Shown: in pieces, positions 48,101-52,411 of the stretch
Layout of the letters: each line of letters begins with the position of its first letter
Numbering within the stretch: the first letter of the stretch is position 1
Assembly: GCA_049968235.1 (NCBI GenBank)
Contig: JBMFRC010000023.1
Location: 1-52,411 of the forward strand
Direction of reading: 5' to 3'
Origin: Candidatus Hydrogenedens sp.
GTDB lineage: Bacteria > Hydrogenedentota > Hydrogenedentia > Hydrogenedentales > Hydrogenedentaceae
Length of the DNA stretch: 52,411 nt
Program-made: the position numbers and the translations under genes
The notes under the pieces: generated by a model
Seen by the model: only the letters and a program-made list of their open reading frames with translations
Told to the model about the DNA's origin: nothing
Database searches by the model: none

Positions 48101-51100
48101 ATGTCTATGTTTGAAAAAAAAATCTTTTGTGCTTGCTTCATTATTATCTTCTTTCTTTTAGATTATCAAGTTTATTCATTAAATTTGTTCAAAAAAGAAG
48201 ATAGAAAATCCCCTATTTATTCCTTTTCAGATTATACGACTCCTGTTATATGGGGAAAGCCATTGGAATATGGGTCATTAAAAATACTTGCCATTGCTCC
48301 TAATTACTGTTTTCTGGATTTTATAGAATTAGAAAAACGATTGGATTGTTCTGTCCAATTAATAACAACGGAAGATGCTCTCCATGTAGGTTGTGACCCG
48401 CTATGGGGTATATGGTGTAGGGAAGAACAAAAAAAGGAAAACATTATCAGACAGATTCGGGATAGTATAGAAAAAAAGTGGGATTTAATTATTATTGCAG
48501 GTATCGTGTTGGATATACTTCCAAAGGAAATTTATGAATCACTCATTACGAAAGTATCAAAAGGATGTGGTTTATTTATAATTCCGGCTATACCTTTAAT
48601 CCCCTCTTTACCTCACCCCATAGAGGAATTTATTAATACCCTTGAACCGAATACAGAACCTTCAGAACGATGGAAAAACTTATTTTCAGGTGGAAATGTT
48701 CGTGTAAACGATACAACGAATAGTATTAAAGTTATATGTGCAGAATTTAAAAAGGGGAGAATTGTTTACTCCCCGAACTATTTAAGCGGTGTAATGAATC
48801 ATGCTCTATTACCTGAAAAAGCAGTTATAGAAGAGATGAGTTATTTTGAAAATGCCTGGGCCGGTATTATTTCATTGATTTTATGGAGTAGCCAGATATC
48901 AGAGGATTGTAAAATAGTAAATATATCTGATGCTAAACCTGCTGGTCCTGTTGAAGAAGAAATTCCTCCCGAATTGCCGATAATGGCTATTAAAAATTTA
49001 AATCAATCTCTATTGGGTCCCGGAACTTATCCTTTTCTTATTGAAATAAAAAGAAACGATAAACAAAAAATTGATGAAATAAAAGTTCAAATACGTAGGG
49101 AAAATGAACTTTTTTCATATCAGCAATATGAATTTAAGCCTAATATCCAGAAAAAAGGACGAATCTTTACACAGGTAGAATTGCCGATTGGTGCTGGGAA
49201 CTATTTTTTTGATATATGGCTTCTCCGAAAGAAGAAAGTATTGGATTTTTTTACCAAACAAATTACTTTTAATTCCTGGCCTGATATTGTATCTGTAGAA
49301 CCAAATAAAAATTTTGTTTTTCCCAATGATTCTATTACTCTTAAAATTAATGTTTCCTCCAATATAATGGAAAGTAGAGAAGGAACAATTATTATTCAAG
49401 GAATTGATAATTATCCATATTTGAAAAATACAGAGGGTAATTTGGTTTGTGAGCAAAGCCAACCTATTACAGGGAAAGGGGGAGAGGTTCGAATACCACT
49501 AAACTTTGCAGACCTTTCCGGAAATTACTTAAAAATTAATATATGGGGAGCCCCTATGCGATTAACTTCATTAGGGGTAAATTATTCTACTTTGTTTTCT
49601 TACCGTTCTCTATATATCCCTATTCAAAGGAAAATATTTAAAAGAGGGTGGAAAGATATTGTTCAACTGAATAATATTCGTGAATATAATCAATTACAAA
49701 TAGCAAAATTTTTAATGGATAATTTTAATTGTGGAAACTATCTTTCTTTAGACCAGTATAAAATGCCGGGCGTTACAAAACTTTACCAGTCCTGTATTGT
49801 TCAAATGGCAGAGGAGACAGTTTCCAAAGCAACAAATAAAATCCAAAGAGAACCCTGTATAAATGATGAAAATTATCTGGATAAAGTTAAAAATAATTTA
49901 AATCAGGCGGTTACCTCTACGATTATTCCAACACCTTTCGCTATTTCATTAGGCATGAATAATTGTCTGGTTCAAACCGAAGAATGGGTTTGCTTTTGTG
50001 AGAATTGCATAAGCAAATTTATGCAGTTTCGGCATTTCAATGAATACTTAGATACAATACCTGAATTAGCTAATAAATTTGAACACGAGAATATTGAATT
50101 GTTAAGAGAGGATATTATAAACAAGAATTTTCCTGCTTATTTATCTTTTTATAAAAAGTTTATGGAAAATAGTTTTATAAATTTTGAAATAGATATAAAA
50201 AACAAATTAAAGACTTCTTTTTCTGATATTCCTATGGGATTTCGCTATTACAGTGATAAGAATACGATAAAAGATATTGATTGGATTGAATATATTAATT
50301 CTATGGATTGGGTTGTTATAGAACCAGAAGATTTTGCATATTCACTTGTCTCTTATATTAAATCAAAGGGAAAATCATTTTGGGTGTGTATAGATTTTGC
50401 CAATCCACAACAAACACCTCAGGGATTAATATGGAACTACTGGAATGCGATATTTAATCAAGCAAATGGAGTATGGCTGAAAAATATAAATGGAGATATG
50501 TATAGTTCATTGCCTATTAAATTATTCGATAAATATGGAAGTATAACACCCGAAATAAGTTCACTTTTTCATATATCTGAAAAGATTGGAGAAGGGATGA
50601 AAAATTTCATCTCTCAATTAAAACCTGATTTTAACGAGGAAGTAGGTATTTATTTGTCGACGGAAAATCTCTTTTTAACAAACAATATTCCAGAATTTAG
50701 TCATAAAAATTCTTTCACTTACTTTACGCGATTGTTAAATGGATATGGGATAAACCCAATTGTTATTACAAAAGAGGATATTTTACGAAGTAAAAATATG
50801 AAAGTTTTAATTCTACCCTGTTGTCTGTGGCTATCGGAAGAAGAGATAGAAAATTTATCCGAATTTTTAATTAATGGGACAATTATTGCAGATATTTCTC
50901 CTGGAATTATAAATAACGCAGATTTAACGAAGGAGTTACAGGATATCCTTAGTAGTCAGGATATTAATCAAGAGAAGATTAGGAATGATAATGTATATTT
51001 ATTAAATAAAAGCCTATCTAAAAAAATAGAAAATGAACCCTTAGAAAATGTGAAAAAGGAAATAAGGTTTATACAGGATATTTTAATAAGAAATAAGGTT

Positions 51101-51664
51101 CACAGTCCTTACTTGAATGAGAATGAATGGATAGATGGAAAATTTTATTCATTTAACAATAAAAGAATTATAGTCTGGTTACCTAATCTTACGCCTGTTA
51201 TTGTGAATAACGAATGTAAAATTAATTCGGAATTATTTAAATACAATAGTAAATTATGGGATGTGTTTAATGATAAAAGAATTAAAGCAGGAAAGAATAT
51301 ATCTTTAAATATACATAATTTACAGCCGTTATTTATTTGTTCTAATCCATATTTTTTAAAAGAGATGAAACTTACTGCTCCTGATGTCATAAAATCGAGT
51401 AGTCATCTGCCTGTTCAAATAGAATTAAAACAAAAAGGGAAAGAAAAAACATTTCTTGACCATTGGGTAAATATCGAATTAAAGGCAAAAGGTAATAAAA
51501 AGGAAATTACGATTAACTCTCAGATTATACAAACCAATCAAGAAGGTAAAGGGGAAACTTATATTTCTATCCCTAAAAATCAGCCTTCAGGGTGGTATGT
51601 CATAGTAGCAAAAGAAATAATAACTGGAACTACAATTGAAAAGGTGATAAAAATAAATAATTAG
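48101..51664 (+). CDS. Large (1187 aa) secreted or membrane-anchored hypothetical protein
   Basis: N-terminal hydrophobic signal/anchor. No recognised catalytic motif. Asn/Ile/Lys-rich. Confidence 0.6.
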   Translation: MSMFEKKIFCACFIIIFFLLDYQVYSLNLFKKEDRKSPIYSFSDYTTPVIWGKPLEYGSLKILAIAPNYCFLDFIELEKRLDCSVQLITTEDALHVGCDPLWGIWCREEQKKENIIRQIRDSIEKKWDLIIIAGIVLDILPKEIYESLITKVSKGCGLFIIPAIPLIPSLPHPIEEFINTLEPNTEPSERWKNLFSGGNVRVNDTTNSIKVICAEFKKGRIVYSPNYLSGVMNHALLPEKAVIEEMSYFENAWAGIISLILWSSQISEDCKIVNISDAKPAGPVEEEIPPELPIMAIKNLNQSLLGPGTYPFLIEIKRNDKQKIDEIKVQIRRENELFSYQQYEFKPNIQKKGRIFTQVELPIGAGNYFFDIWLLRKKKVLDFFTKQITFNSWPDIVSVEPNKNFVFPNDSITLKINVSSNIMESREGTIIIQGIDNYPYLKNTEGNLVCEQSQPITGKGGEVRIPLNFADLSGNYLKINIWGAPMRLTSLGVNYSTLFSYRSLYIPIQRKIFKRGWKDIVQLNNIREYNQLQIAKFLMDNFNCGNYLSLDQYKMPGVTKLYQSCIVQMAEETVSKATNKIQREPCINDENYLDKVKNNLNQAVTSTIIPTPFAISLGMNNCLVQTEEWVCFCENCISKFMQFRHFNEYLDTIPELANKFEHENIELLREDIINKNFPAYLSFYKKFMENSFINFEIDIKNKLKTSFSDIPMGFRYYSDKNTIKDIDWIEYINSMDWVVIEPEDFAYSLVSYIKSKGKSFWVCIDFANPQQTPQGLIWNYWNAIFNQANGVWLKNINGDMYSSLPIKLFDKYGSITPEISSLFHISEKIGEGMKNFISQLKPDFNEEVGIYLSTENLFLTNNIPEFSHKNSFTYFTRLLNGYGINPIVITKEDILRSKNMKVLILPCCLWLSEEEIENLSEFLINGTIIADISPGIINNADLTKELQDILSSQDINQEKIRNDNVYLLNKSLSKKIENEPLENVKKEIRFIQDILIRNKVHSPYLNENEWIDGKFYSFNNKRIIVWLPNLTPVIVNNECKINSELFKYNSKLWDVFNDKRIKAGKNISLNIHNLQPLFICSNPYFLKEMKLTAPDVIKSSSHLPVQIELKQKGKEKTFLDHWVNIELKAKGNKKEITINSQIIQTNQEGKGETYISIPKNQPSGWYVIVAKEIITGTTIEKVIKINN

Positions 51665-51976
51665 ATTGTTATTAATGTGGGATTTTAAGAAATCATTTTA
51701 TCGATACCTTTGAACAATCTGTGTAAGAGGTAATAGATAATAGAAATCCTTTATAATGTGTATTTATGAATGCGTAGAAAAACAGGGTCAAATGTGTTGG
51801 ATGTAAATATCGATACTGATTATGAAATATATGATGAAATATTGTCAGTAACTATTAATATTGTCTTTTTAAACTATTTTTTTTTATAAAAAATTGTTTA
51901 TACCGCATATTAGTTATTTATTGCATATGTTTAATATATTGTATATACCAAATATTAAATATTGTTATAAAATTAT

Positions 51977-52014
51977 TTGACAATAAATGTAAAAATGTTA
52001 TATAACATTTTTAC
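51977..52014 (+). promoter_or_regulatory. Strong sigma70-type promoter (-35 TTGACA, 16-nt spacer, extended -10 TGtTATATA) overlapped by a 26-bp perfect palindrome (candidate operator)
   Basis: TTGACA at 51977-51982 and TGTTATATA at 51996-52004. GTAAAAATGTTATATAACATTTTTAC at 51989-52014 is its own reverse complement. Confidence 0.55.
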
Positions 52015-52056
52015 TGTCCAATTAAAACTTTTAACATTAAAATAAGGAATTGGGTT

Positions 52057-52411
52057 ATGAAAAAGCAAATGACTATCGGGAAAAGATTATTTTTAGGATT
52101 CGGTTTTTCACTCGTTATCTCAATTATACTCGGGATTATTGCAGTATTTTCTTTAAATAGGATTGACAGTGATTTGGAACATGTTTTAAAGAAATATTCC
52201 CCATTTATTCAAAATCTTTTACAGATCAGAATATATTTTACAAGAATAGATTCTGCTGAAAATTCTCTATTATCTATGGATATATCAACAAAAGAACGTG
52301 AAGAGAAAATAAAACAAATTGCTAAAAAGATATACGGTGCTGATGATGTTGAGTTTTCAGCAAAAGCAATAAAAGATTTAGAAACAATAAAAAGATTGGA
52401 GAAATCTCACT
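52057..52411 (+). CDS. Methyl-accepting chemotaxis protein, N-terminal part (runs off window end)
   Basis: RBS AAGGAA, then MKKQMTIGKRLFLGFGFSLVISIILGIIAVFSLNRI, a typical MCP N-terminus (TM1 then ligand-binding domain). No stop before the window end. Confidence 0.6.
   Translation, partial: MKKQMTIGKRLFLGFGFSLVISIILGIIAVFSLNRIDSDLEHVLKKYSPFIQNLLQIRIYFTRIDSAENSLLSMDISTKEREEKIKQIAKKIYGADDVEFSAKAIKDLETIKRLEKSH

Overview
AT-rich bacterial chromosomal segment of about 52.4 kb, with roughly 45 protein-coding genes and one tRNA. Ribosome-binding sites are of the AGGAG type and several starts use GTG or TTG. No rRNA, CRISPR array, transposase or integrase was found. Recognisable content, in order along the window: (1) a three-gene NADH-dependent (electron-bifurcating type) [FeFe]-hydrogenase operon in the order hydB-hydA-hydC, with a clear sigma70 promoter, followed by a NagB-like gene. 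(2) A SAM hydroxide adenosyltransferase (DUF62), an FprA-like ferredoxin-NADP reductase, a flavodoxin and a Tat-exported Cys-type sulfatase. (3) A shikimate-pathway cluster containing an aroK::aroC fusion next to aroA. (4) The conserved rplU-rpmA-[attenuator]-obg-proB-proA-nadD-yqeK string, with L-aspartate dehydrogenase (nadX) beside it. (5) A four-gene yjbQ / Fe-ADH / sensor kinase / sigma54-dependent response regulator operon. (6) A 1322-aa secreted protein with about six Ig-like (I-set type) domains, an InlB-type B-repeat, a (T/P)EG tandem-repeat linker and a duplicated dockerin/EF-hand-like C-terminal module, flanked by tRNA-Ala(CGC) and a folE-folK-folB-SDR pterin cluster. (7) A four-PDZ HtrA protease, an insert-containing prepilin peptidase and a type I phosphomannose isomerase. 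(8) An ECF sigma / FecR-type anti-sigma pair followed by a roughly 250-nt, relatively GC-rich, strongly self-complementary non-coding region that ends in a U-tract; this is a candidate undescribed structured RNA or leader. It precedes three large secreted proteins: an S45 penicillin-amidase-family homologue with a long extension, a lipoprotein of possible glycoside-hydrolase-like fold, and an 1187-aa orphan. (9) A 26-bp perfect palindrome overlapping the -10 of a strong promoter for a partial MCP gene at the window end. The most novel-looking elements are the structured non-coding region with its ECF-sigma-linked secreted-enzyme module, and the Ig/dockerin-like giant protein next to the sigma54 two-component operon.
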